Positions 24,609 through 39,600 of a DNA stretch of 64,000 bases are shown piece by piece. A program made the position numbers and the translations under genes. A model generated the notes under the pieces. The model did no database searches, was not told the DNA's origin, and saw nothing but the letters and a program-made list of their open reading frames with translations. The number at the start of each line of letters is the position of its first letter. Within the stretch, counting starts at the first letter, position 1. The DNA is from Camelus ferus (lineage: Eukaryota), in assembly GCF_009834535.1 (NCBI RefSeq), contig NC_045696.1:71240001-71304000 (forward strand). Direction: 5' to 3'.

Positions 24609-27600
24609 GTCAGTACTGCCTTTCCTGAGTCCCTCTTACCTGCTTGTTGTGCTCCACCCCACCTTCTCTTTCCCCATGATGCATAATTTAAAAGAAGTTT
24701 CTTTTTCTTTATCAGCTTTAGGTCACTGTTAAGAATTTATGGTTATTTATGAAAGAGGAGAGGTTGGCCCTCAGCCTCTCCTCTGTTTTTTCCCTTTGCG
24801 TTCTCCCCTCAAAAGGCTTTGCTGGAGAGAAGACAACTTATGAGTGTGGGGTGGGCTGAGGTGGGGGAAGGGCTGGGCAGGGAGCAGAGGAAAAATAAAC
24901 CATTAAACTTCATTCATGTATTTAAAATCATTTTTTTCCTCGGCCTCTATGTTTAAAGTGTGATTCCTTTGGGGAGACTATTCAGTTTTGTTTTGTTTTG
25001 TTTTTTCCTCTTAACGGAGGTACTGGGGATTGAACTCTGGACCTCGTGCATGCATGTGCTCTGCCACTGAGCTATACTCACCTCCCCAGAGGCTATTCAG
25101 ATTTCAGAGCATACTTGGAACAATTCTAGATTGTTGGAGGATATCAGTAAAATTATCAAGTAAATCCATGAATGTAAAGGAGTCTTTAGATAACAGTCTA
25201 GGTTCCTCCAAGGGAAATAATGAGTATACATTTTAAACTGGAAGAAATTTTTTTCTTCGAGGGGAAAAGACTGTATTTTTTCTTGAATTGCAGAAGTAAC
25301 TAATAAGGAAGAATGGGGGTTGCTGGGTAGTAAGCTGAGGTTTGTGCTCTTGTAATTACTCTGTGAAAATTGGAGAAAGATTCGGCCCTGCATCTGACAC
25401 TTGAGTTTCATTAGCCTGACATTACCTGTTCCTCTTTGCTGTGTGAAAGCTGTTGCCTTATTAACTGACATTGGCTCACCATCAGGTGTTTTCTGTCCCC
25501 ACTGTATGTTATACAGTGCTTTCCCATTCAAGCCTCACTTTGGAGAAACATAGATTTAATGGAATCAGTGTCAAATCCTTAAGGTGCCAGTTCTGTAACT
25601 TTGTGTTCTTTCATCTCAACCTTATGTTAATTAAACATGTATTGAATATCTTTTGAGTGCTAGACACTGTTAGTATAGTATTTAAACTGGAAAAAGTCAC
25701 AAAGGTAACATTGGAGCAGGGCTCTGAAGGGTGATTAAGTGGGGATGCTTTCAAGCTACTTAAGTCATCTGTGCCTTAGTGGTTTTGGAATAAAATGATA
25801 TTGACCTTAGAACCTAACTCATGGGATCCTTGAGGATTAAAATGAGCTAACACATATAAAATGCTTAGAATGGTGCATGCCACATAGCCTGTGCTCAAAA
25901 AATGTTACCTTTTATAACTAGTTGTCTGGAGCATAGGATGTGCATGAGGAAGTTCTGCATGCCACACTAAGGAATCTTGTAGTGTGGGCTTTGGGGAACT
26001 ATAGGAGGTTACTGAGGAGGGTTTTTTTTTCTTTTAGCTTTTTATTTTGAGATAACTATAGATCCACATGCAGTTGTAAAAAAATAATACAGAGAGATCG
26101 TATGTACCTTATCCAGCTTCCCCCAGTGATAACTTCTTGCATACTATAGTACAGTATCACAACAGGTTATTGATTGACATGGATACGATCTACCCACTTT
26201 ATTAAGATTTCACCGGTTTTATGCGCACTCATTTGTGTATGTGTTCTATGCAGTTTTTTCACATGTGTAGATTTGTATGACCACTACCATGCTCAAGATA
26301 CAAATCAGCTCCACCAAAAGGATCTGTTATGCTACCCTTTCAGAGCCACAGCCACCTCCCTTGGCCTCTCCCCCAATCTTTGGCAACCACTCCTCTGTTC
26401 TCTATCACTGTAATTGTTACTTTAAGAATGCTATACAAATGGAATCATATAGTATGTAACCTTTTTTTTTTTCATTTTTCAGTTTTATTAGGTAGAATTG
26501 TTACAATTTGCACATATACAATATCATATAGTATATAACCTCTTGAGATTGACTTTTTCACTCAGCATAATTCCCTTGAGATCCATTTAATTTGTGTATA
26601 TCAATAGTCCTATCAATAGTTCTTTCCTTTTAATTGTGGGTAATAATCCATGTTATAGATAGACCGTACTTTGTTTAACCACTCATCTGTTGAAGGACAT
26701 TTGGATTGTTTCTAGTTTGTAGCTATTACAAACAAAGCTGCTTTGAACATTTATGTATAGGATTTTGTGTGAATAAGCTTTCCAATTTTCTGGGTAAATT
26801 CCCAGGAATGTAATTGCTGGGTCTTACGTTAAGTGTGTGTTTAGTTTTATCAGAAACTTCAATGCTCTTTTCCAGAGTGGCTGTACAATTTTACATTTCC
26901 ACCAGCAATGTTCAAATGATCCAGTTTCTCTGCATTCTTGGCAGTACTTGGTATTATCACTGATTTTATTGTAGCCATTCTGATAGGTATGTCTGATAGC
27001 TCATTGTAGTTTTAATTTGCATTACCTAATGGGTAATGCTCTTGTGCTGAGATTTTTAAGACTTGATTTTTATCTTAGGGAGATTAGTTTTGAGGCAGTG
27101 TAGAAAAAACCTGTATGAGAGAGAGAGAGAGAAGAGAGAACCAGGGATCAGTCCAGAGGCTCTTGTGTCTGTCCACATGAGAGAGCCCAGGGGTCTGGGT
27201 CCAAGTGCAATAGTGAGGATGGAGGAGAGATTTAGGGGCATCTCTGAAAGGGGAGGGAAGCATTAGGGTACCTTGGATTGGTGGTAAGAATTTAAAACTA
27301 TTGGTGGACATTCAGGAAGAGAAGGAGAAAGAGGTGAGAATGAGTTTGCTTCTGAATGTGTTGAATTTGAAGTGCATCCAGGTAAGATGATCAGTAGACA
27401 GAGCCTAGGCAGGAAGTCGGGTAGGGGAAAGGTTTTGGAGTCTTTAGTGTGTCTGTGTAGATGAAGCCTTAGGAGTGAGCAAGCTGCCCATGGATGGCTT
27501 GTAGAGCAGGAAGAGGTAGAACCTGGAAAGGTAGTGTGTGGCCCTGTGAAATTTCTGGGGACAGGGGTCCTGTCTGGTTGGTTAGAGTAGAACTGACATT

Positions 27601-30600
27601 AGGATGTGCAGTGGCAGCAGCAAGTTTTTCCTTTGTAGGTAGAGAACTGGAGAGTCACTGTTGTGCCCTTTGTCCCCTAAGTTATTAAGTCAGGCAGCAG
27701 ACAGCAAGTTTCCTTCATGTGACTCAGCCCTGTCTTGAAGAAACAGGAAGGCTGATACCAACCACTTTTATAAAATGTCAAGAGTCCACATGAATTTCAT
27801 TTTCATTATCCTTTCATTTCCTAAACTTTTAAATTTGAATACTGTTTTTCTTTTTTTTTTTTTTACCATATCCTGTACCCTCTGAACTTTTTTCTTAAAC
27901 TATTTCTTTTAACCTACTGTTCTTTTTCCTTTTGCTCAGCCTTGACCTAAGCAATAGAATCGTAGGTTTATGCAACCTATTTTTTACATGTGTTAAAATG
28001 AATGCGTAACTATCAAGTGTTTTTAAATTTTACATACCACCCAGAACCTTCTTGCATATTACCTGTCTGAAACTGAAATTTCTTAAATATATTTATCTTG
28101 AACTTGGCTCATATGTTAACAGTTTGCTAATAGAGGGAATCAGCAAGATGACAAATTTCTGGTTCACTGATGGTATAAAAACAGATAATTTAAGTATTTG
28201 GGATGTAGAATGGCTATATAAGTTTTTAAGAATGTAAGCAGATAATTGGGTAGAGATTATTATTTCGTGTCTCATGAGTCATAACCATCGTTTCTATATT
28301 AGTTGTTAGAGATGAAATCTGGGGCAGAACCTCCCAGATGCCAAATATACTTAATATTCATCAGAAATAAAAACTAGGGGAAAAAAAAGAAAGAAAAAAC
28401 AGTACCTCCAAAAGTAAAAAAAGATAAGAATATATCTGTGACTCTTAATTGGAAAACAAGGTTTTATTCACCATCATTAGCCTTTGATAGGTCCAGTCAA
28501 CATGTTTGCATGAAACTGTCAAACAGAAATCAGAAGCAAAGCACCAAGGAATAAATTCTGATTTTAAACAAGTCGGTGATTTTTTTTTCTCTTAAGCTGT
28601 AAGCAAAGTTGCAGAGTACACAGTTTGCCCATTTCTTCATATTGTGACCAAATCTTTCTTTTGGAATACTCTTTGGGAAAATTGGTCTAATCAGTCACGC
28701 CTTCAGATATTTGTATCACATCTACTTAGAGATAATTAAGGTAAAAATGATGCATTTTCACACCTACCCTTTGTTTGAAACTATTAAGGTAAAAACTATG
28801 GCCACCCACAGTCTGATGATTCGCAGGCATCCTTTAATCCTGAAGTGCTAATAGGGGTGCCTTCTATGGCTGTTAGTTCTTTGAGCATAAGCACTAATCT
28901 TGGTTGGTGTTCAGCTGGTGTTATTTCAGCTCACATGAAGATTTACGTCCAGACCACTCCTTAACACTGTTCCTGTGTCTGCAGCTTAACTCCCCAGGCA
29001 CAGTTCCTTTTCTTATCATTGCGTTCAGATAGACACATGTCGCTCACATAACTCCATGAGCTTTGGTTGGTTTGCTTTAAAATGTGATGTTTATTCATTT
29101 TTCAGTGCAGCAAACATTTGAGCACTCTCCAGGATGCATACACAGCCCTGAACGAAGTGGTCTGGTGCGGGTGAAGATAAATGGATGCTGGGCCAGCCCG
29201 CCCTCTGCTAGAAGCAACTCATGGGCATACACATAGATTACTATAATTTACATGCCACAGTAATTAATAAGAAGGGCAGAGTGCTTCTGTCTTTGAGATC
29301 AGGGAAGGCTTTAGGAGGAGGTAGCGCTTGGTTGGAGACTTGAGGAGTAGGTAGAATTTGGAGAAATGAAGAACATGCCTGGCAGAAGAAAGAGCTGTGG
29401 GTAGGACCAACTAGGTGCTGCTGGCTTTGAGCGTGAAGTGTGAAGTCACAGATGTAGAGGGATAGGTCCGCAAGTTCCACTTGATGTGTGTCCTTGAATA
29501 ATAGGCCAACAAGTTTGGATCTTAGTTGCTTTAAATTAAAATTTAAGCAAAAGCAAGACAAAGCTATTTGATGCTTTTATAAGCTTTTTTATTGTGATGG
29601 TTGTTTCTTTTCTTACTGTGCTCAGGCCAAAGCCCAAAACAAGGTGACTTGTTTTTCCCTAGCATGTCTAATCTAGGAAAGGAGGAAACATGGAAAATAA
29701 GCAGAAGTCAACTAAAGTTCATGTGCCGTGATTACCACTTGCCCTTTCCCCCTCTTCTTTTAGAAGTGTACCACTGGTGCAGTTTGCTTTCTACCAAGTT
29801 AGAATGTTCTCCCTCTAGACAAAGTAACAAAGCAAGTATTCACGAAGTCCAGTGACCTTCACTTAGAGTCTCCTTTAGATCTGTGTTAGGCTGACACTTT
29901 TAACCTTGGTTGGTATGCTTATAATTAGTGAGTTGAGATACTTGGGTGAGCTGAAGTCGTATCCTAAAGATCAAGGATGTGGGTGTAATCTTTTAACAAG
30001 AAATATAATTCTAAGATATATTATTATGGAAGAATTCCAGTCTTATTATAGAAAATGTGCGAATTGTAGAAGATTATAGAAAAACCTTAACCCCTCTACC
30101 CAGAGACAACTATTGTTATAAAATAGTTTTGTCTAGTACATTATACTTTTAGAGAATTTGACTCTGAAAGCTTTCCTTTATGGGCTAAGGGTATGTGAAT
30201 TTGTCTATGCCCTTGTGATTTCTGAGTCAAAAACATTACCTATGAGTCTCCTTGCTGTTAGGAAGCAGAGCAGGGTGAAGGAGATTAGTGTATTTGCAGG
30301 CTCTGCATTATTTTTCTCTTGATTGGTACTCAGTGACTCAGCAGATTTTCTGGACAGTGATAGGATGAGTAAGAACACATGCCTTTTTTTTTTTCCTTTT
30401 CCCTGAAGGCATCCATAAAGCTGTATAAAGCTCAGTACGGTATGGTACGGTATCTGGCCTGGTGTCAGATGTTGGTCTCCAATAGCAGCCCAGAGCTCTC
30501 TGCTGGAGGTGACAACAGTGCTGCCATTGGTGCGCAGCCCAGGTGGCTCTCCTGTGTGGGGACTGAATCTCCAGCACCACAGGTCTCCTGAGGCTGGCCT

Positions 30601-33600
30601 GCTGCCTTGATCAGGAGCCCTTTTACGCTGTCTGCAGCAGGGCTGCTGCTTCTTTCCTGGGAAATGCTGCTTAAGGGAAATAAACACAGCTTGTTGGCAC
30701 AAGTTAAAGGAGCTTTCTGTCAAAAGGGAAGAAAAGTGTTGGAACCAGCTTCCTTTTTTAAAAAGCAGTTTTAAATACCCAAGGCTTTGTTTTGTTAAGA
30801 TCTATAACTTGGAAGTTACAGATGGTTAATGAAAACTTTTTAAGTGAAATCTTGGTTGTGCCTTGAGGTAGCCTTCTGCTAATGCTTTCTTGAATGTCTC
30901 ACTATTCTGTCCCTCCCTCTTTCTTAATCAAAAATAAAAAGGTCAATGGCAGGGACAGGAAATAGGGCCTCCGGAAGTCTTTGTGGTGGTTGAACCTATC
31001 AATATCAAAATTAGGGACTAATGTGATGTTAATTTGGTGCACAGTTCACTAATTAGTAGAATTAAACTCATTAAGTCTATTCCTTCTCTCCTTATCCTCA
31101 TTTTAGGGTGTTAACCTGTTTAGATAATTAGATGTTCTATATGTTTTAATTATTTAAGATTATTTTCTGAATTAACTGTTCAAAGAATCAACTTAAATGT
31201 GTTATTAGGTATCAGATGAGAACTTCTGTTTGCTAAAGCAGGTATGGTGTTGAGCAGTCACTTTGTTTCCTCAAATGTTGTATTCTCACAGTGGAAAAGT
31301 AGCCAGGCTGCACAAATCTTCACCCTTGCGTTTGCTGCTCACCGTTGTTAGCAGTTCCAGCCTGCCCTGCAGTCCAGGGTTCTCAGGATGGACCCACTAA
31401 TGTCTTACACTAAACATTTAACATGGGCATACAGATGGTACTGGGCACTGAAGGGAGTTTCACTTACAAATTATATTTTAGCTTTTTTTTTTAAGCTATA
31501 GCCTGAAAATCTTGAGGGGATTTTGTCAAATGCAAGAGACCAGCATTCTACTATCTACATCAGTGGTTCTCAGTCCAGGCTGCATATTAAAATCACTTGA
31601 AGAACGTTTGAAAAAAAAATACTGATGTTCCAGATGAATTCAACCAGTCTCTGGGGTAAGGCTCAGGCATCAGTGTTGTTTTAAAGCTCCCCTGGTGATC
31701 CTCCTGTGTCGCCAGCACCAAGATAGCACAGAATAAAGTCTCTTGTAGCCCCTCACCCCCTGGGGCTCTAAGTGTTTCCCATGTCTTTTTTTCCCCCTGT
31801 GATTTATTTTCAGTTTAATCCTTTGAAACCTTATCATTGTAATAACAAAGTTAATCTCACACCCCAATGTAATAGGAACTTTGAAAAAGTTCCTTGGAAT
31901 TTAGCTTATGAATCAACTGGAAGCCTTCAAATTCCTCCTGATCCTGGGTTAATGCTAGATTATGAACTGCGGAAAGATACCTGTTTTACCGTGACGGTGG
32001 TGTTAAGTTATAGCACTTGGCTTTACGTATTTTTTTACTCTTGTGAATTATATGAATAGCTGACCCTCCGCATGAGAGTAATGCAGCCTAGTTACAGCTG
32101 AGTGAGCTGAGGTACAAGTTAACTCATAGCCTTTGAGCAATAGGACAGAGGTTAGCAGGTTCCCTGACTTTGAATAGTGAGCTTTTTCTACTATATTCTG
32201 CTTCCTTCCCGTGAAGGTTATGTTCTAGAATTTTGTTGCTCCCTTTGGAAGTTCTTAAGGGAACTGCTTGCGACGGTCAGGATCACGTTAATAACCCATT
32301 GGACTGAGGAAGTGTGGAGAATTGGGAGAGGGAAGATCCTTCGTTAGTGTTCTTTTAACTTGCTGGAGAATGGGAAAGCCTGGAGTCAGCTGTTCTTGGG
32401 AGGGCATCAGCTTTTTCTTTTCTTTTTTAATTTAAAAGAAAATTTAACTTTCTTTTTAATTTAATTTTTAACATTTTGAGTCTCTTGAAACCTGTATCTG
32501 ACTGTACCCCTTAAAAGTTGGTCTTTCTAGGGGGAGGGTATTGCTCAGTGGCGGAGCCCATGCTTAGCATTCACGAGGTCCTGCGTTCAATCCCCAGTAC
32601 CTCCATTAAAAAAAAAAAAGTTGGTCTTTCTAGATATTTGTCATAAAGGCAGCTGCCGGTCTGGGACATCTACAGAGGCCTGTCCATTCTAATTGTGCCC
32701 CAAGTACTGCTTTCTTTGTGGGGTGTGCCACACGGGAGGATTGCAGCCTTTAATCCCCTTGGAAGCTGAGAGGTGCCTCTGCACTGCGGGTAGTTTTTGA
32801 ATCTCTGCATTCAGGAGCCTCTTGGTTGAGTCCGCAGCCCCAGGTTTAGGAATGCTGCCCTGCTGTTGTCCTGCTGTCCAGAAGGGATTGTTCAGCCTAG
32901 GGAATGATGTCTGGCCCCTGGTATCTTGTCCCAGGGGCCTCTAGGCAGGGGAAAGACCACGGTTGCCCTGTCAGCAGACATTATGCTCTGGCGGCCTGTT
33001 AAAAAGAGCTGGGACAACAGATAAACGGAAGCCATCCTGTGTGATAGTGGGCTAATTATCACAGCCCCTGGAGGGTCTTAGCCCGCACAGAGGAGGGAGG
33101 TCTCTTGTGCAAGCACCTCTGTTTGCTTATGGATGGAAAGTTCCGTGTTTCTCTCACCAGCTAGGCACGTAAAGGACTGTGTTTCCCTGACCTTTGTTTG
33201 AACCGTTGCAGAGTCTGAATTTCATTGTCCCCTTGTGGTTTCCCAGTGTCCCAACCCCCTACCCCCACTCCATCTCCATCCCCTTGGTAGGAGGGAAAAA
33301 ATGCTCAGTGTCTCCTAGCCACAGAGTCCTCAGGAAGATACAAATGGCAGCAGTATTTCCTTGTTTAATGTTTTCCCAGTTCCCAGATCAAGCAGTACTT
33401 TTCCTTTTGGAATGAATCAGCTGCTGCGGATGCCTCTCTGAGGCCATGTCATCTGGCCACGGAGAGCCCTTCAGTCTGCAGGGCCCCTTAAGAGAAATAA
33501 AGAGAAATGCATGCCCTCACCCTGTCTCAGGAGAAGCTTTAAAAAGTTACTGCTAACTGCTATATATAAAATAGATAAACAAGTTTCTACTGTAGAGCAC

Positions 33601-36600
33601 TGGGAACTATATTCAATATCTTGTAGTAACCTACAATGAAAAGGAATATATATATGTAAATGTATGACTGAAACATTATGCTGTACACCAGAAATTGATA
33701 TAGCATTGTAAACTGACTATACTTCAATTTTTAAAAAATTGTGCAAAAAAGAGATTTAAATTATCATAACATAAAAAACAAATAGACCTCATAAAATACA
33801 TCTCCCTAGATCAGCATGCATCAAGTACTAACCATGTTAGCTGTTTAGCTACCTAGGGCCACCTTAGTGCTACTGAGGTTTGGGGTCAGATAATTCTTTG
33901 TTGTCGGGGGGCTGCCCTGTGCATTATAGGATGTTCAGCAGCATCCTTGGCTTCTACCCACTGAAGGTGCAGTTGTGACAACCAAAAATGTCTTCAAATA
34001 TTGCCATATGTCCCCTGGGCAAGCTAAATCACCCTCACTCGAAAACTGCTGGGATATGCTGTACAAAACAAAACACACCTGTAGGAACTGGGCATTTGAA
34101 ACGTGGCCAGTCTGAATTGAGAGGTGCTGTGTATATAAAACACCCCCCCCCCAGATTTCTAAGACTTAGTACAAAAAAAGAATGTAAAATATCTCAGTAA
34201 CTTTTTTTTATTACATGTTTAGAAGATAATATTTTGTATATATTGGGTTAAATAAGGTGTATTATTATAATTAATTTCACATGTTTCTTTTTACTTTTTT
34301 AACGTGGCTACTAGAAAACTTAAATTACATTTGTGGCTTGTATTCTGTCTCTATCGGACAGCCCTGCACTGGAGTGTTGATCAACTTGTCGTTTAGCTGT
34401 TAATCTTGTATTAGGCATTTAGTTCCCAGTAAACCGTTGGGTTTAAATTTTATTTTCGTTTGGAAAATTTTCCTTCCTACGGTAATATTATGGAGACAAA
34501 GCGTATGTGAGTTATTACCTGTGACCAGTTTGCTCCCCTGAGTACCTGCCAGTGACGTATTAAAAAATGCCCAAACGATGTGTGTTTGTCTTACGTTTCC
34601 CTCCTTCTCGGGTTGGATTTTATCTCTTTTTCTTATTAAGGTGTATGTGGTTGTATCTTAAAATTTAGTTTTTATTTCTTGATTGATGACATTGAATTTA
34701 GAGGCTGAGAGATAGAAGCTTTTGAACCAATTTAGTAGATTATTCAAGATTTTGACCTTTTATAAATACTAGAATATAACCTGCATGAAGGCAGTGATTT
34801 CAAAGTGCAGGTCTATTTTTTCAATCCTGTGTCCCCAGCACCCACAGCAGTGCCTGGCACATAGTAGGTCCCTCAATAAATGCTTGTTGAATAAATGGAT
34901 AAAAAATGTTATTCAGTGAAAGCTGGCTGTTCAAAATATGTTATTATTTTGGTTACCTTGTCACTTCTTTAGCTTTATTCTCCTCCTTAATGCTAATTTC
35001 ATTACACAGAAAGTTTTTCTTTTTATATTTAAGCCTGTCCATCTTGGCTTTGATAAGATTCTGGCTTTGGGACAAAATGGAGACTATTGTGCTTCCATGG
35101 GTGTGCTAAATTTCCTGTTTAATTCTCTTCTATTTATTTCATTACTTTTATGTAACTTTTGGGGTTAATCCCAGATGGATTAATGTATGGTGTGAAACTT
35201 GGGTCTCAATTAATTTATCTCCAGTCTGTTTTTCATTTGTCCCAACAGTATTCGCTCAATCATATTTCCCTATCCTGTTATATTATTTATGTGTTCATAT
35301 AGTAAGCCCATATAGCTTGAATATATTAAGTCTTTTTTCTTGGTTCATTTCCATTTTTAATCCACTCAGTCTTAGAATGTTGACAACTCGCTTCACAGAA
35401 TGTTAATGTGGTAGAATAAATTTGTTTCTACTTTAAACAGACATTTTTTTTTTTCCTGGCCTACAAGGCCAGGTAAGCTTTTTTGGGAAGCCTAGAAAGG
35501 AAGAGAAGTTAGGGATCCAACCGAGCAGTTATAGTATGAGACATTTATGCAGTTACTGGCAGGGTAGTATAAAGACGCTTTTATTTTATTTTTAAATATC
35601 AGTCTATAATGTATTCATCTTTTAGCATCTGCTCATCTTTGGCTAAAAAACAACCAGGAAGTGCCTTTTTACAATTAAGTAAAATATTTACATTCTAGTG
35701 TTCTAATTGTGACTTTGACTTTGGAAACTACCATTTGCTTATAATGAGGTTAGTTAGGAGAGTCAGAGTTAGAGAGCCATAGTTTATTTTAATCTGATAC
35801 TCACCCTGGGGAAGAGAGGAGAGCTGTCTGTAAGGGCACATCTGAGGTCATCTTGTACAGTGATGATTTATTTGCTTGTTTTTCCTTTGAAAGGCACATA
35901 GCATAGTGATTAAGGGTCTCAACTCTGGAGCCTGGATTCAATCTCTCTGCTTTTCAAGGATCTCTTCAAATCTCTGCTGCTACTTGCCATCTAAGTGCCT
36001 CAGCTATAAAATGGGGGAAACTTCATAGGGTAGTTATGAGGATTACAAAAGTTAGTATCTGTAAAGCATTTAAAGCAATGCCTGGCACATAGTAAATGCT
36101 ATGTCGGTTTATAGTAAGTTCATTTGCCCATATTTTCCGATCACCTTCAAGTAAGCATTTGCCTTTATAAGTACACGCTAGTCAGGAGATCTGGCCTGTA
36201 AACAAGGAAGATTGCCCTAGCTTCCCCTATTTCTTGCTAATGTTCCAGTGTATGTGGGATAGAGGCAGCCTTAGGTCAGCAAAATAGATCTGAAAGTACT
36301 AAAACTAACAGCAGTTCTCTTCACCCCCGCCTTTTTTTTTGGTTTGTGAGTGAGGTAATTAGGTTTATTTATTTATTTGTTTAATTGAGGTACTGGGGAT
36401 TGAACCCAGAACCTCGTGCATGCTAGACAAGCACTCTATCACTGAGCTATACTTTGACCCCCTAATAGCAGTTCTCTTTTGCGATAATACTGGAGTACAT
36501 AGTCTATAATAAAGTTAATTAAGCAAACTGGATAGATGTCTAATTCCTAGGAGCTACACACTTTAATCTTATAATCCCACTAATGGAATTTATCCTAAGT

Positions 36601-39600
36601 AGTCCAGAAAAAGAAAAATAAACTGTAATTGTTTATTGTACTATTAATAATAAGCAAAACAGCAGAGAAACTAAACGGAAGTGGATTGGTTAAGAAGATT
36701 CCTTAGTGGTAGGTATATCATGCAGCTTTAACTGATAATAATACAGATTGTAAGGCAACATGGAGGTTTTCTAAGTGACACTTGAATAATAGGTACCAAG
36801 CTTTGTACTGTGCTAGGGGCCAAGGATGCTTTTAGCAGAATCATCCCACTGCAGTGGTCCAGTGCAGGGAAGACATAGGAGAGAGGAAATAAATTCCCTG
36901 AGCTTGAAAGGGAAAGCTAAAGGAATGAGGAAATAGTTGAGATAGGCTGTAAGATTTATCAGATGGATAAATCGGTAATATAGTTAATACATATTAAATG
37001 TTTGTTATAGACCCAAGACTTTGCTAAGCACTTCTCATTATCCCATTATTTCCTCTCAATGCTTTGTGGTACATGCATGTGCCATTGTAAAAATGAGTAA
37101 ACTGAATCTTGAAGTGGCTAGGAACACGCTGAAAGTTGGTGATAGACTTGGCCTGTTAGCTCATGCCTGTCTTCTAAAATCTATGTTCAAAATCACTATG
37201 GAAAATTTTTTTTATGGATTATTAATACTTTAAGACCATAGTTTTATTGGAGTAAGGGGATTTTTCCATTGATTTTCTTGGTAGTTTTATTTTATTATTT
37301 AAGAGTTCTTGCCAATAGCTAACTACCTGTTGCTTATTGTTTTGAGAGCCCTGTCTCTGAAGGAGGTAGGTGCAAACAGGGAGCAGGACTCTTTCCTTCA
37401 AAACAGAGGATCCCACATAGATCTTCTCATCTCCATCAGATATTTCATTGTCTTAACCTTGGCAAGATATGACAAGATTGACAGTTTGGGAAGTAGTTTA
37501 GGAAAGAATAGCAAAAATATTATGTGACTTGGAAAGTGGGTTGCTTAGAATGACAACTTTTGATTATCTTAGATCAACAATGTAGACCTCTCTATACCCT
37601 TACTGTGAGAATTCCTACTCCATGTTTTATCATTATATGATAGTTTAAGGATTAGTTCAAACACTTTTTCAACCACTTTCATGGAGGGTTATCTTTGTCA
37701 GGATAAAATTATACTGAGTGCCTTGTTCTAAAATCTAAAATGGTGCAAGAGCCCTCAGTCTGATATGTTACAGGCATTTGATAATGCTGGAATAGTACTC
37801 ATGATATGCCTGAGGGAATGAAACCTTGCCTGCCCGCTCTCTTCTGAGTCTTTTTTAAAGAGCCTTTAAGTTTGGCATCTCCACTGCAGGAACTAACTTA
37901 CTACCCAGTAGGTGGTAGAACATGACATGATTGTATATAAGTCAAAGGAACAAAACTCTTAAGAGTATTTTGTTTATTGTTGTTGTTAAGTCCATTCGCT
38001 TTCCTATTCATAGGTTTTGATGCAGGTTGTAACTAAGTGTTTTAGAGATGAAGAAAATGAAATTAGTGTATTATACACATAGAAATTGGCATATTTTTAT
38101 TCCCAGTATCTGAAACAGTATTATTGCACATAGATACTCAGTAAGTTATTTATTGAATGAATGAATGAATGAATGAAATAAGATGTAAAGATTTTATTTT
38201 TCTCTTAATGCTACTGTGCCGTTCTTATGTAAGAATATGAATGGATGGCATACCAAATTTTCTTTTTCTGATGCTGTAATGTCAAAAGATGTTAATGAAA
38301 CTCTCCTAACTCTTGAACTTAGTTATCTTGGAAAGGCAAAAGAACTAGAACAGTTAAGCCAATTTTGCAAATGAAGAATAAAGGTGGAGATACACTGTGG
38401 TGTTTTAAGACTTACTGCGTATCTATAGTAATCAAGTTAATGATACCTTTGAAGAGACAGACAAATAGGTCAACGGAATAGAGTTCAGGAATTGACCCAC
38501 ACAAGTATGGTCAATTCATTTTTATATAAGTGCAAAAGCAATTTGATGGAGAGATGATAGTCTTCAACAGATGGTGTTGGAACAATTGATATCTACAGGC
38601 AAAAAAGTAAGCCTTTGCCTAAATCTCACACCTTTTACAAAAATTAACTCAAGGGGGATCATAGATTAAATGTAAAACTGAAACATTTAGAAGAAAATAT
38701 AGAAAATATGACCTAGGGTTAGACCTAAGAGTTCTTAGGCATAACACTAAATGTTCAGCTGTTAAAGACAAAAAAAATCAATAAATTAAACTTGATCAAA
38801 ATTTAAAACCTTTGCTCCATGAATGACTCTATTAAGAGAGAAAATACTTTCAAATCACTTGACAAAGGGCTTGAATCCATAATAGATAAAGAACTCTCTA
38901 AAATCAACACTAAGAAAACAACCCACTTAGAAAATGGGCAAAAGACTTAAACGACACTTCACCCAAAGGATAGAAATGAGCACAGGAAAAATGTAAAATA
39001 TCATTAAGCATTAGGGTAATGCAGATTAAAATCATGCTGAAATACTAAGCCACACCTATCAAGTGGCTAATATGAAAAATAATGACGCTACCAGGTGATG
39101 AGGAGCACGTGGAGAAACTGGATCTCTTATACATTGCTAGTGGGAAAGTGAAATGATTCTGTGACAGAGTAATTTCAATGACAACTAATGTTTGAATTGT
39201 GAGTAATGTCAGGCTGCTTTATATACTTCTCATGCAACAAAAAAGTTAAAATAAAGAGTGAGATCTCCATTACCATACAGATTTGCAGTTGGTATATTTT
39301 CTGAGGTTAAATTACAGTTCCAGCAGAGTGTTTCAGAACCTCAATGAAGTACAATGGAAACTTCCATATTTCAAGACCCATTCATTTTATTTTATTTTAT
39401 TTTTTATTTTTAAAAATTGAGATATAGTTGATTTACAGTATTATATTAGTTTCAGGTGTACAACATAGTGATTCAAAATTTTTATAGCTTATACTCCATT
39501 TATTATTTATTATAAAATATTGGCTATGTTCACTGTGCTGTACAATATATCCTTGTAGCTTGTTTATTTTATATATAGTAGTTTGTACCTCTTAATTCCC

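Noticed and set aside
30205..30723. 172-aa antisense ORF or possible antisense lncRNA in ABCC5 intron 2
   Set aside because: TTG start, no homology I recognise and no exon structure I can support from sequence alone.
32531..32605. tRNA-Ala-like genes (this and nine similar copies)
   Set aside because: A tails, TSDs and divergent stems show they are SINEs, not tRNA genes.
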